Assembly (NCBI RefSeq): GCF_006345805.1 | Contig: NC_043021.1 | Span: 3,782,001-3,846,000 of the forward strand | Length of the DNA stretch: 64,000 nucleotides | Source of the DNA: Octopus sinensis | Lineage: Eukaryota | Direction: 5' to 3' | Part shown: positions 38,609 to 52,225 of the stretch, piece after piece | Position numbering within the stretch: the stretch's first letter is position 1 | Layout of the letters: each line of letters starts with the position of its first letter | Position numbers and translations under genes: made by a program | Notes under the pieces: generated by a model | The model's input: only the letters and a program-made list of their open reading frames with translations | Databases searched by the model: none | What the model was told of the DNA's origin: nothing

Positions 38609-38993
38609 GTGGAGGCGCAATGGCCCAGTGGTTAGGGCAGCGGACTCGCGGTCATAGAATCGCGGTTTCGATTCCCAGACCGGGCGTTGTGAGTGTTTAT
38701 TGAGCGAAAACACCTAAAAGCTCCACGAGGCTCCGGCAGGGATGGTGGTGATCCCTGCTGTACTCTTTCACCACAACTTTCTCTCACTCTTAATTCCTGT
38801 TTCTGTTGTACTTGTATTTCAAGGCGCCGGCCTTGTCACTCTCTGTGTCATGCTGAATATCCCCGAGAACTACGTTAAGGGTACACGTGTCTGTGGAGTG
38901 CTCAGCCAATTACACGTTAATTTCACGAGCAGGATGTTCCGTTGATTCGGATCAACCGGAACCCACATCGTCGTAACCGACGGAGTGCTTCCA
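38609..38993 (+). mobile_element. tRNA-derived SINE family C, full length, 12-bp TSD
   Basis: Head ggaggcgcaatggcccagtggttaggg...ggtttcgattccc. attattaaatga at 38597-38608 and 38996-39007. Confidence 0.9.
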
Positions 38994-39700
38994 CCATTAT
39001 TAAATGAACATAGATGATGTACATTATTAAAACTAAAACAGTAATGTTAAATTACTCTTTCAGTGTTAAAGCTTAAACATTGTGTGTAGGTTTTCACAGA
39101 CTGTTAGCATCATCATTTAATGTCCATTTTCCATACTGGCATGGTTGGACAGTTTGGCCAGAGGTGGTAAGGTCAGGAGCCACACCAGACTCCATTGTGT
39201 TCTGGCATAGTTTCTATGGCTGGATGCCCCGTCTAATACCAACCACTCTACAGAGTGTACTGGGTGCTTTTTATGTGGCCCCTGCACCAGTGCTTTTAAT
39301 ATGGCACCAGCAATGGTATCGATTCTACTGTGTTGGACAGGTGATGATTTGAAATTTTTCCTGACAACCAGGGTTCCCTACACCAGATGTAGGGGCTGCT
39401 TTGTTGGCTCAATCAGGGGTTGTAATAAACAAAGGTTAATCTAATTAACTATCCCTGTTTCTCTAGAAGTATGTGGCTTTTGTGTCAATATAAGAAATAA
39501 AATTTCAGGTTTTTTGGATAAAGTTTTCAGAAATAACTTAAAGGGTTTACCATTAATTCTATGAAATATTTCTGGGTCCCACTAGTTATAATTATTAAGG
39601 CAGTGAGCTGGCAGAATTTTTAAAATGCTGGGCAAAATGCTTAGCAGGATTTCATCTGCCTTTACGTTCTGAGTTCAAATACATATCAGTCACACTTTAA

Positions 39701-40080
39701 CCCTTTAGTATTTAAACTGGCCATATCTTCACTTAGCGGTTCGGCAAAAGAGACCGATAGAATAAGTACTGGGCTTACAAAGAATAAGTCCCAGGGTCGA
39801 TTTGCTCGACTAAAGGTGGTGCTCCAGCATGGCCGCAGTCAAATGACTGAAACAAGTAAAAGAATAAAAGAATAGAAGAAAGAATATCTGGCCAAAATAT
39901 TTAATCTGTTTTCTGTTCAAACTGACCAGATCCAGGCCCTCACACCTACCCTACAATGTTATTCTACATTAAATAATTACACCATCAAGATCTTGAAGAT
40001 ACGAGATAATGCATGATTAATTCAAATCAATGGGAATCAATAAGCATTATGTTTGATAGAATAATCTGAACACTAAAGGG
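39701..40080. mobile_element. piggyBac-like MITE with a nested SINE 3' fragment (about 39728-39875)
   Basis: TTAA|CCCTTTAG ... CTAAAGGG|TTAA termini. Confidence 0.75.
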
Positions 40081-40210
40081 TTAATCACAATGGCTGCATC
40101 GTTTATACATAGTGGATGAGTAACAGTTAAGCATTGCTTGACCGTTACTCATCCACTACATTTGCATGTTGTTAGGGCAACCAATATCTAGATTCACAAT
40201 ATGTAGATAA

Positions 40211-40800
40211 GGCGGCAAGCTGGCAGAATCGTTAGCACACCAGGCGAAATGCGTAGCCGTATTTCGTCTGCTGTTACGTTCTGAGTTCAAATTCCGCCGA
40301 GGTCGACTTTGCCTTTCATCCTTTCGGGGTCGATAAATTAAGTACCAGTTACGCATTGAGGTCGATATAATCGACTTAATCCGTTTGTCTGTCCTTGTTT
40401 GTCCTCTCTGTGCTTAGCCCCTTCTGGGTAGTAAAGAAATAGGTATTTCGTCTGCTGTTACGTTCTGAGTTCAAATTCCGCCGAGGTCGACTTTGCCTTT
40501 CATCCTTTCGGGGTCGATTAAATAAGTACCAGTTACGCACTGGGGTCGATATAATCGACTTAATCCGTTTGTCTGTCCTTGTTTGTCCTCTCTCTGCTTA
40601 GCCCCTTGTGGGTAGTAAAGAAATAGGTATTTCGTCTGCCGCTACGTTCTGAGTTCAAATTCCGCCGAGGTCGACTTTGCCTTTCATCCTTTCGGGGTCG
40701 ATTAAATAAGTACCAGTTACGCACTGGGGTCGATGTAATCGACTTAATCCATTTGTCTGTCCTTGTTTGTCCCCTCTGCGTTTAGCCCCTTGTGGGTAGT
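40211..40800 (+). mobile_element. SINE family B trimer
   Basis: Units start at 40258, 40442 and 40626, followed by poly(A). Confidence 0.9.
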
Positions 40801-40869
40801 AAAAAAAAAAAAAAATCTAGATTCACTCTTATACTCCAGTCCTTTTTCTTGTCTTTTCCTTCCTCTCAG

Positions 40870-41105
40870 CTGCTGAAAAAAAGAAGGATGATGAAGCCCT
40901 GCGAATTGCGGTCATGTTCGATCGTCTTCTGTTGATTGATCTCAGACAAAATATAATCAGCACGGAGGAGAGTGTCTATGATGAGCTTTGCAATTATGGT
41001 CGTCCACCAGAAACCTTCTACTGCACCCTGAAAGCTGTCATCAGTATTTTCTATCCACAATATGCCATAATGGAAGATTATAAAGATTGGATTTTGTTGA
41101 AAGGG
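40870..41105 (+). CDS. EFCAB5: EFCAB5-like exon (AAEKKKDDEALRIAVMFDRLLLIDLRQNI...TLKAVISIFYPQYAIMEDYKDWILLKG)
   Basis: Matches recalled ILFFRIMLLELQESI...ILKAVILFFHPE...SWDKCK. Phase 1 to 0, GTCAGT donor. Confidence 0.9.
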
Positions 41106-41243
41106 GTCAGTTTAAAAAAATATTTTTCCCTTTTTTTCTTTTCTGCAGTGAGTGTCAAAGAAAAATACCAGTAATTTTAGTTCCGTTTACTCACATTCTG
41201 ATTTTTAATTTTTTTTTTTCTGCAGTGAGTGTCAAAGGAAAAT

Positions 41244-41628
41244 GTGGAGGCGCAATGGCCCAGTGGTTAGGGCAGCGGACTCGTGATCGTAGGATCGCGG
41301 TTTCGATTCACAGACCGGGCGTTGTGAGTGTTTATTGAGCGAAAACACCTAAAGCTCCACGAGTCTCCGGCAGGGGATGGTGGTGATCCCTGCTGTACTC
41401 TTTCACCACAACTTTCTCTCACTCTTACTTCCTGTTTCTGTTGTACCTGTATTTCAAAGGGCCGGCCTTGTCACTCTCTGTGTCACGCTGAATATCCCCG
41501 AGAACTACGTTAAGGGTACACGTGTCTGTGGAGTGCTCAGCCACTTACACGTTAATTTCACGAGCAGGCTGTTCCGTTGATTCTGATCAACCGGAACCCT
41601 CATCGTCGTAACCGACGGAGTGCTTCCA
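41244..41628 (+). mobile_element. SINE family C, full length
   Basis: Highly similar to 38609-38993. A partial minus-strand copy lies at about 580-801. Confidence 0.9.
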
Positions 41629-42108
41629 TCCAAAGAAAAATACCAGTAATTTTAGTTCCGTTTTTCTCACATTCTGATTTTTAACTTTTTTTGTTACAAA
41701 TAGGTGCAGGCGTGGCTGTGTGGTAGGAAGCTTTTTTCTCAACCACATGGTTCCGGGTTCAGTCCACTTTGCTGCACCTTGGCCAAGTGCTGTCAATTAT
41801 AGCCTTAGACCAACCAAAGCCTTGTAAGTGGAGTCGGTTGAGTGAAGCTGAAAGAAACCGGTCAAGTGTATAAATATATATAGAGGGGTAAAAAGAATAT
41901 GGAAGGATCAGTTAATTAGGATTTTATTCAACATATTATCCCCACACTTATTGCAGTGGTCTTTCAGCTTTTCTAAGCCCTGTAAAAGAATTCAGATAGT
42001 TGGGCCTCTTACCAGGCCTTTTGAGTTGCCCTTAAAATCTGGAACTTTTCAGTACCCTATCCTTAGAAAAAAGAATTCTCATTAGTATTATTATTATTAT
42101 ACATGTAC

Positions 42109-42149
<41 letters not shown>

Positions 42150-42326
42150 CATACACACACACATATATACATACACGCATATATACACATATATACATAC
42201 ATACATACACATATATACTTACATATATACATACATACACACACACACGCACATATATATATACATACATATACACATATATACATATATATACATATAC
42301 ACATATATACATATATATACATATAC

Positions 42327-42357
<31 letters not shown>

Positions 42358-42361
42358 CATA

Positions 42362-42740
42362 CTAGCAGTATCGCCCGGCGTTGCTCGGGTTTGTTTCGAC
42401 CCGCTGGAATTGTAATTTTGAAAAGTAAAAATTTTGTGAACATTTTTCTGGTCGAAATACACCGAAAAGTGGCGACACAGCAGTGAAAAAATCGTAAAAA
42501 ATAGGGATTTTCATAGAAAAAAGCATCTTTTTGATGTAAATAATTTTTGGTGTTAACATGGTCCGATTTGAATTTTATGTTCTACGGAAGGAAGAGCAAC
42601 CCTTCTACCATACTCTCAATTTTGGTCAACTTGCGCCGCAGGGTCTCGGAGGAGATAGTGTTAGTTGAAGGTTACCATTCTAGGTGCCTGAGTAACAACC
42701 TCGCGGATTTACAGATAAATGAATTAATTACTATTTTACA
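42362..42740 (-). mobile_element. Non-autonomous Helitron (same 3' end, different body)
   Basis: ctagcagtatcgcccggcgttgctcggg terminus. The other boundary is approximate. Confidence 0.65.
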
Positions 42741-43761
42741 GAATAAAATTAAATAATTCTTGAAAATTAATTAATATTAATATTTTTTGAACAAAGTAAA
42801 TAATTTTTAAAAGTTAAATAATAATTTTTTTTACACAAACGCGAACGGGGAAAAGGGGGTGGCAAATTCGATTTACATACCTAAATTTTTTCTTTTTCAT
42901 GACATTGTAGCAAAATAGTAGTGAATTATATAATACCAGCAGTACATTTTTTTTTCTGGGGTATTTTTTTTCAACCTCGTCACATATTTGCCCCTTTCAA
43001 TTTAAACAAAGTCTTAATTAAGCAATTACGGCAGCTTAGCAATGGTTTCAATACAGGCGTGACATCTGTATCTCAATTGTTCAAAACCCTTCGAATTTTT
43101 TCGCACGTGATGATATCATAGTGAAAACTTTCAATTACGCATGCTTATTTCTGTCTTTCACTCTGTCTGTCTCTTTACACACACTAACAAAAGCACTTCC
43201 CTTACACACCACACTTTCTGTGTCGCACAACCCATCAAACACACACACACACTCACGCACGCACACATGTACATCAATGCTTTCGGAGTGAAATGTTAAA
43301 ATATTGAGTTTTCTCGAATTTTGTCTTAATTGGTGGTAAAATTGAAAGAAATTTTTTATGGCATCACCCACTGAAGTACTCTGAAAAATCATGGGTACAC
43401 TCTAATTGAAGAAATTGTGTGAGGAGTAAATCGTTATGTATTTATTTGTTTCTGTTTGCTGTGTTTTTTTATTTTTTGAGTAGTGGTTTAAATACTTTCA
43501 GTTTAGTCTTCCTCAAATCACTCTGTCGCTATTTACTTTCATTTTATTCGTTGCACACTGTGTGTGTGCGTGTGCGTGTGGTGTAAACCACATTAAGAAA
43601 AGCATTTGACACACACACCAGAATGTGAGTTTTCTGTAAATTTTGCTTAATTGGAGTTTAAATTTTAAAAACTGGACCTGGCATGACCCGATGCATTCTA
43701 CTCTTAAAAATGCTAGGTAAATTGTAATTGAAGAAATCCTATATTGTAGATTTCTATAACT

Positions 43762-44209
43762 CCCATATATATATACATATATATGCATATACATATACAT
43801 ATATATACATACATACATATACATATATATACATACATACATATACATATATATACATACATACATATACATATATATACATACATACATATACATATAT
43901 ATACATACATACATATACATATATATACATACATACATATACATATATATACATACATACATATACATATACATATACATACATACATATATATACATAC
44001 ATACATATATACATACATACATATATATATATACATACATACATATATATATATATATACATACATATTATATATATATATACATACATATATATATATA
44101 TATATATAGATATATATATATATACATATATATATATTATATATATATATATACATACTATATATATATACATACATATATATATATATATACATATATA
44201 CATACATAT

Positions 44210-44245
<36 letters not shown>

Positions 44246-44700
44246 ACATACATATATATATCATACATATATATATATATATACATACATATATACATAC
44301 ATATATTACATATATATATATATATCATACATATATATATACATACATATATATATATACATACATATATATATATACATACATATATATATATATACAT
44401 ACATATATTACATACATACATATATATGTATACATACATACATATATATGTATATATACATACATATATATGTATATATACATACATATATATATATACA
44501 TACATATATATGTATATATACATACATATATATGTATATATACATACATTATATACATACATACATATATTATACATACATATACATACATATATATATA
44601 TATCATACATATATATATACATATACATACATATATACATATATACACATACATATATATATATACATACATACATACATATATATATATATACATACAT

Positions 44701-44745
<45 letters not shown>

Positions 44746-44746
44746 C

Positions 44747-44782
<36 letters not shown>

Positions 44783-44792
44783 ATACATATAT
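43762..44792. repeat. (TA/TACA)n compound microsatellite
   Basis: Seen directly; includes a run with 24-bp periodicity near 43790-43980. Confidence 0.95.
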
Positions 44793-44965
44793 GCAACTGG
44801 CAAACTTCCAAGAAAACTGAAGGAAGGTAAAATATGCCCTATTCATAATGGAATGTAGCAGAGCAGAGGCCAAGAACTACAGACCTATCTCTCTGACCTC
44901 ACACATCAGCATGGTCATGGAACGAGTAGTCAGAAGGAAACTAATCGCCTTCCTTGAAGCCCGTC
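44793..44965 (+). mobile_element. LINE reverse-transcriptase N-terminal fragment
   Basis: [44 protein letters not shown] (YRPISL motif). Confidence 0.75.
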
Positions 44966-44981
44966 ATATATATATATATAT

Positions 44982-45025
<44 letters not shown>

Positions 45026-45374
45026 ATGTGTGTGTATATGTTTGTGTGTCTGTGTTTGTTCAACCCCCAACATTGATTGACAACTGATGTTGGTATGTTT
45101 ACGTCCCCGTAACTTAGCGGTTCGGCAAAAGAGACTGATAGAATAAGTACTAGGCTTCAAAAGAATAAGTCCCAGGGTCGATTTGCTCGACTAAAGACGG
45201 TGCTCCAGCATGGCCGCAGTCAGATGACTGAAACAAGTAAAAGAGTAAAAGAGAGTAAGTCACTGGACTCAAATAAATTTCTTATTTTGGAAAAACTGAA
45301 CCTGACAGATTTCTGGCTTAAATATGGCCCAAACATATTCTAACGTTTGTTTTTGTCTTTTTATTTGGTTCTAG

Positions 45375-45465
45375 TTTATAAATTCAGAACTCCATGAAAA
45401 GATTGATGAGTTTGACCCAACTGCTGAGGACTTTGATGGGGACAGTGTCAAAAAATATCTTGAAG
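45375..45465 (+). CDS. EFCAB5: EFCAB5-like exon (FINSELHEKIDEFDPTAEDFDGDSVKKYLE)
   Basis: FDPTA motif, as in recalled YVNKYLVNNICAFDPTA. ttctAG / GTAAAT, phase 0 to 1. Confidence 0.9.
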
Positions 45466-45502
45466 GTAAATATACTGAATCTGTTATTTTATATCCAGTA
45501 TA

Positions 45503-45665
45503 GGTGTAGGAGTGACTGTGTGGTAAGTAGCTTGCCTACGAACCACATGGTTCCGGGTTCAGTCCCACTGCGTGGCATCTTGGGCAAGTGTCTTCTGCTA
45601 TAGCCTTGGACCGACCAATGCCTTGTGAGTGGATTTGGTTGACGGAAACTGAAAGAAGCCTGTCG

Positions 45666-45716
<51 letters not shown>

Positions 45717-45950
45717 ATGTGCATATTTGTGTGTCTGTGTTTGTCCCCCTAGCATTGCTTGACAACCGATGCTGGTGTGTTGACGTCCCCGTCACTTAGC
45801 GGTTCGGCAAAAGAGACCGATAGAATAAGTACTGGGCTTACAAAAAGAATAAGTCCCGGGATCGATTTGTTCGACTAAAGGTGGTGCTCCAGCATGGCCG
45901 TAGTCAAATGACTGAAACAAGTAAAAGAGAGAGAGAGAGAGAGAGTAAAG
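45503..45950 (+). mobile_element. SINE family A, 37 nt after the EFCAB5 donor at 45466
   Basis: Full head-to-tail match. Confidence 0.85.
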
Positions 45951-46112
45951 AGTGACATTGAAATGCCATAAAGTATTGACTATTGCAAACGCTTTTGAGG
46001 TTTGTTTTCTGATCCTGGCCAACTGGTAGGAGAGAGAATATTGAGTTTAAAATCATTTCTGTAATCACACACACTCACACACAAATGCATGTACATATAC
46101 ACACATCATTAA

Positions 46113-46332
46113 CCCTTTAGCATTTAAACCAGCCATATCCATCCAAAAGTATTCTACCTGTTTTATGTTCAAATAAACCAGATCTGGTCTCTCACACCAA
46201 CCTACAATATCGTTTTAAAAATTAACAGCTACCTCATCAAAATCTCATAGCTCCGACATAATGCCTGATTAGTTCAAGGCAATGTGGATAAAAAAGGATT
46301 AATTTTGGCAGAATAATGCAAACACTAAAGGG
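46113..46332. mobile_element. piggyBac-like MITE (same family as 39701)
   Basis: TTAA|CCCTTTAG ... CTAAAGGG|TTAA. Related degenerate copies near 2280-2490, 24680-24790 and 38130-38250. Confidence 0.8.
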
Positions 46333-46395
46333 TTAATATTCTCTCACCTGTATTCTACAAGTATTAACTGTCTCTGTTTCTTCTCTCTCCCACAG

Positions 46396-46517
46396 ATATT
46401 TTACCAGGTAATGCTATGAAGCTTGGTTTCTGGCCTGTGGAATATTTATATTTTTGGCTGCATGTCTGTGTCTCTCTTAGAGAACATGTAAAAGAGTCAC
46501 TACATGACACCCACTGA
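46396..46517 (+). CDS. EFCAB5: EFCAB5-like terminal coding exon (DILPGNAMKLGFWPVEYLYFWLHVCVSLREHVKESLHDTH*)
   Basis: Matches recalled [22 protein letters not shown]. cacAG acceptor in phase 1, TGA at 46515-46517, possible ATTAAA near 46621. Confidence 0.88.
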
Positions 46518-47444
46518 TAACACTGAACAGCAGCCTCCCCCAGAGTAATCTAAATGCAGTGAGACAAACATTTTAATTAAGATTTGAATTTTATAAACAG
46601 ATTTTGAAGTTCAGTAAAAAATTAAAATGATTTTATAGAAAAATTTACCAAATGTTTTTGTTATTGATTTCTAATAATAATAATAATAATAATGAAATTA
46701 TTGTATACAGTGCTCAGGTGCACCACAACTTGTCAGAAAGTGCGTATAAAGTACATGCAGTAATGTAGAAATGTCTGGAAAGCGAACAATGTATGAGTCA
46801 GATACATGCTTGTGTGTGTATGGAGGGGAGAAAATCAAGTGTAGTGTTGGCGAATCTCAGGAAGCATGGAAGTTTTGAAGGATGCAGTGCTCCGACAACT
46901 AACAACTGATGCCGGCAGTTTGTTCCATGCTTCAGCAACTTTCAGCATGAAAAAAATGTTTCCTGAAGTCATGGGAGCTGTGCTATTTAACAAGTTATTA
47001 AATTCTTATATCTATACCTGTTGCCCAAGAATGAAATTGTTCCTTAGGAATTACAACCGTGTTTCGTGGTCTGCTACCACAACAGCTCCTTTATAGGATC
47101 CAGTTAGCTCAAGACATCATCAGGAGGAACCATGTCTGGTTTCGGCCCTTACTCCTCTACCGTTCTGACGTGGCAGCCCCCGCCCCCTCGGAGGTGTCTT
47201 CAGCTCTGGTGTTGGGTGCATGTCTTCTTTCTTCTGTTCCCGGCCACTTCGGTGTATCGTCAGCGAGTGTCAGCCGGCGACTGACTGACTTGTCAAATTT
47301 TTTCCCTTTATTGGAAGAAGAAAAGAAGCAAAATATGCTGTATAGAAATTTGTTATTCTAAATTGAATTTATTCTTCAATTGGGAAATCAATTCTGAATT
47401 CATAATACAATAATAATAATAATAATAATAATAAAAAATCTTAC

Positions 47445-47752
47445 CATATGCACACCATTGTTCTGGAAGAAGTTTAGGTTCATTTTCATTCACAAATGCA
47501 ACCAAATCTGTGAAGTCAAAATTTGTCTCTCTTGCTATGTCTCTTGAAGTTAAATCACTAATTTGACGGTTTGTTTTCAGCAGTCCAGAGCCAGACCCTT
47601 GTCTCCCATGGCCAAAACTTGATCCTCAATTTGAATCAGTGCTTGGTTAAAAATTTCAGAGAACTGAATATTGATATCTGGGTTTGCCTGATCTGTGAGA
47701 CCCACAAAAGCCACTTTTAAGACTGGATTAACACCCATAGTGACTCTAACAA
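47445..47752 (-). pseudogene. Unidentified coding-like exon with a 1-nt frameshift (pseudogene or assembly indel)
   Basis: tttttaAG acceptor, GTAAG donor. Reads VRVTMGVNPVLKVAFVGLTDQANPD...MGDKGLALD, then shifts to LKTNRQ...NEPKLLPEQWCAY. 308 nt is one base short of a phase 1-1 exon. Confidence 0.45.
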
Positions 47753-48363
47753 CTTAAAAAGACTTTCCTGCCCCTATAAAGGATCTCTTTTCATTTTCTT
47801 CCAACTGCTTGATGGTTCATCTTGCTTCAGTTCACTCAGCTGGCCAAAATGAGCTGTAGCTGTAATTGAAAGGGTCAGCCTTGTCATATTCTGTGTGAGG
47901 CTGAATCTCCCTGAAAACTACGTTAATAGTATTTATTAAAAAGATTTTTTATCTAGTTTCAGCTCACGAGCTGTGGCCATGCTGGGGCACCACCATATAT
48001 ATATATATGTATATATTTACATGTGTGTATTTGTGTCAGTGTTCGCCCCCCCCCAATCATCACTTTGACAAACCATCTTGGTTTAGTGGTATGGAATGTT
48101 CTTGTGATATTCTTTTATTCTTTTACTTGTTTCAAGTCATTTGACTGTGGCCATGCTGGAGCACCACCATCTTTTAGTCGAAGAAATCGAACCCTGAACT
48201 TATTCCCTGTAAGCCTAGTGCTTATTCTATCAGTCTCTTCTGCTGAAGAGCTAAGTTACGAGGATGCAAACACACCAACATCGATTGTCAAGTGATGATG
48301 GTGGTGGTGGTGGTGGGGGGGCAAACACTGACACAAATACACACATGTAAATATATACATATA

Positions 48364-48650
48364 CTAGCAGTTTTGCCCGGCGTTGCTCGGGTTTGTAAGG
48401 GAAATAACTATATAAGCATTTTTAGAGAGTTACTTCCCTTATATAACCCGAGCAAAAATCATTAAAAATGCGGAAAAATGATGGTAAATTTTTTTTTAAA
48501 TCGTAGACGCGCGCTAATACCCAGAAAGGCTCAATATGAACGACGACTATAAGATACCCGCTTTTGATTAAACTGCACCGCAAAATGTGGGAGTAAGGAA
48601 TCTAAATCGGAGGAGAAAGAGTCTCACACACACAACTTCAATTTTATATA
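48364..48650 (-). mobile_element. Non-autonomous Helitron
   Basis: Minus-strand 3' end is a hairpin CCCGAGCAACGCCGGG followed by CTAG|T. Confidence 0.75.
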
Positions 48651-49147
48651 CAAAGATATATATGATGGGATTCTCTCAGTTTCCATCTATGAAATCCACT
48701 CATGAAGTATTTGGTCATTGTGAAGCTCTAGTAGAAGACACTGTGTTGGCAACTTTTCTCCCCCCCCCCCATTTTGTAGGGGGTATTACCCATTTTTCTG
48801 GGTTCTTTTCACAGCTATGCCCCATTTGAAATTTGAATTAGTTTTTGTATGAAAAAAAAAGAAAAGGTGTGGAGGGGTTTGTTAGTAGTGTGTAGAGAAA
48901 ACATTAAACATGCCTGAAAAAAAAACATGGTCTTCCCCCCACCAACTAAAAGACAAACTATGAAAGGCGAATAAGTCCTGGGTGTGTGTGGGGGGGGAGA
49001 AGAGAGAAGAAACTGGCCTTACCAGCTCTGGTCAAACCATCCAGCCCATGCCAGAATGGAAAATGGACAGTAAACGGTGAGGATAATGATGATATCAACT
49101 TCAGTCAGAGGCTGTGGCCATGCTGGGACACTACTATTTCAGCATAC

Positions 49148-49497
49148 TGAAGGCACATGGCCCAGTGGTTAGAGCGTCGGGCTCACAATCGTGAGGTAGT
49201 GAGTTTGATTCCTGGACTGGGCTGTGTGTTGTGTTCTTGAGCAAGACACTTTATTTCACGTTGCTCCAGTTCACTCAGCTGTAGAAATGAGTTGTGATGT
49301 CATTGGTGCCAAGCTGTATCAGCCCCTTTGCCTTTCTCTTGGATAACATCGGTGGTGCGGAGAGGAGTGGTTGGTATGCCTGGGTGACTGCAGTTCTTCC
49401 ATAAACAACCTTGCCTGGACTTGTGCCTCGGAGGGTAACGTTCTAGGTGCAATCCCATGGTCATTCATGACCGAAAGGGGGCCTCTACCCTTTACGC
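49148..49497 (+). mobile_element. tRNA-derived SINE family D, full length
   Basis: Head ggcacatggcccagtggttagagc; core ttgagcaagacactttatttcacgttgctccag. Partial copies at 1110-1289, 4780-4930, 33066-33270 and 60190-60312. Confidence 0.8.
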
Positions 49498-49784
49498 TGA
49501 GATTATTCCTATTTTGAGAATCTATTAAGATTTCTTCATATGTCTTGGAATATCTGAAGCTACAAGAAAGCAGAACAGAAAAAAAAGGATAAAGGAAAAA
49601 AAGACTCCATTTAGGACAGACAAGTTCCAAAATATATTTATTTATAGAAAATTTTCAACAGAAAATACAACTGTAACCTCAGACATGTCGGTATTTCTAA
49701 TGTCTTTTTTTTTTTTGTTTTTTGTTTTTGTTTATTCATTCAGAAAATCCTCAAGGAGGTTTGGGAAACATGTGTTTGTGTGTA

Positions 49785-50043
49785 TATACATACATACATA
49801 CATACATATGTACATGTATGTATATATATATATATGTACATGTATGTATATATATATTGTACATGTATGTATATATATATATGTACATGTAATATATATA
49901 TTATATATATATATATATATATGTACATGTATATATATATATTACATAGATATAATATATACATGTATATATATATACATTATATATATATATATATTAT
50001 ATATATATATACATGTATATATATATTAATATATTATATATAT

Positions 50044-50088
<45 letters not shown>

Positions 50089-50236
50089 TGTATGTATATA
50101 TATGTACATGTATGTATATATATGTACATGTATGTATATATATGTACATGTATGTATATATGTATGTATATATGGACATGTATGTATATTATATATATAT
50201 ATATAATATATATATATATATATGTACATGTAGTAA

Positions 50237-50274
<38 letters not shown>

Positions 50275-51128
50275 TAGTACATGTATGTATATATATATAT
50301 ATATTATATATGTACATGTATGTATATATATATGTACATGTATGTATATATATATATATAATATGTACATGTATGTATTATATAATTATTATATTATATA
50401 TATATATGTGTACATGTATGATATATATATATATATATATTACATATATATATAATATGTACATGTATGTAATATATATATTATATATATATATATATTA
50501 TATTGTACAATGTATTGTATATATATATTATATATTATATATATATATATATATGTACATGTATGTTATATATCTATGAGATAATATATATGTACATGTT
50601 GTATTTATATATATATATATACATATATATATGTACATATAGTATGTATCTATATATATACTATATATATATATATGTACATGTATGTATATGTATGATA
50701 TAATATTGTATATGAGTATGTACTATATATATCTTATTATATATATATATATATATGTACATGTATGTATATATATAATATTCTATATATATATGTACAT
50801 GTATGTATATATATATTTATATAATATGGACATGTATGTATATATATATATTATATATATATGTAATGTATGTATATATATATATTTATATATATATGTA
50901 CATGTATGTATATATATATATTTATATATATATGTACATGTATATATATATGTACATGTATGTATATATATATATTTATATATATATGTACATGTATATA
51001 TATATGTACATGTATATATATATGTACATGTATGTATATATATATATGTACATGTATATATATATGTACATGTATGTATATATATATATGTACATGTATA
51101 TATATATGTACATGTATGTATATATATA
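49785..51128. repeat. 1.3-kb (TA)n/TGTACATGTA compound microsatellite
   Basis: Seen directly. Confidence 0.95.
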
Positions 51129-52225
51129 TAGGTTTTGTATTTCCCAGGTTTATTTATTGATATCTCACTTAACAATAAAATTAGGGAATGGTGATGAAGT
51201 CTACAGAAATCAATATTAAAAAAATCTTCTTTTTTCTTCCGTATATAACAAGAAGTCTACTGAAATACCTGTAAGCTTATTGAGGTGACCCTCAAACTCA
51301 CAAAACACAGTAGACCCCCTCTCTCTCTCTCTCTCTCTCTTTCTCATGCACACACGTACACACACACACATATATACACACACACACACACATAAAGTAG
51401 ATTTTTACAAAGGGTATCAGAACGGACCCTCAACACATTCATACACAATTTGACCAACAAGCAAATATAACAAGTTTTCTATATGGTGAAAGATTGTCTT
51501 AAATTAAAAACCAGAATGGAAGTTTCGTTTCTGTTCAATCAAAGGAAACATCCCCCCCACTCTCAAATACACACAGCATTGAGAATAAAAAATTTCTGAG
51601 AAACTTCTTTTGACAACCACTTATTTTTACAATTACATATATTGTGTATATATTTGATATACACACAGATACAGTGTATAATATTCATATTGGTTGAGAA
51701 TATGCAGATTTTTAACTTTTAGTTTTAACAGACATTTTTCATCAATCTGAGATATGGTTCTTTTTTCTTTTCGTTTGTTTGGCAAATTTGACTATTTGCT
51801 TATTGGAAGAAGAGTCTGTTAAATGGTAGAAAGCCCTTCCTAGTCCAAACCATTCAACTGAAGGATGACATAAAGGGTTATAAATAACTTAACCTCACAA
51901 AGATTGAGCCAAAAAAAAAAAGAAAAAAAGAAAAAAAATGGTATGAACTCATTATCAGGAATGTTCTTGTTTTCAGCCCCTTCTTACCAAAGTTCTGCCT
52001 TTGTCTTGAAAATAAGGAAGAATTTAGTGAAGAAAGTTTGTCATGATTAAGCTGGCGTTTGGAACAAAAAGGTTTGATGGAAGGTTTTGATCAAAATCTC
52101 TTTAAAACAGGAAGTCTGTATCATAGAACCAGGAATGGTCTCAAGCAGGTTGGTATCGAAAGGGTCAAACCAGAATAATGGATAGATTTCATACAAACAA
52201 GCTTTTGATAATCAGTGTTAATATC

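Noticed and set aside
38609-38685. tRNA genes (here and at other SINE heads)
   Set aside because: Each continues into a SINE body with no terminator after the tRNA-like part; the acceptor stems are degenerate.
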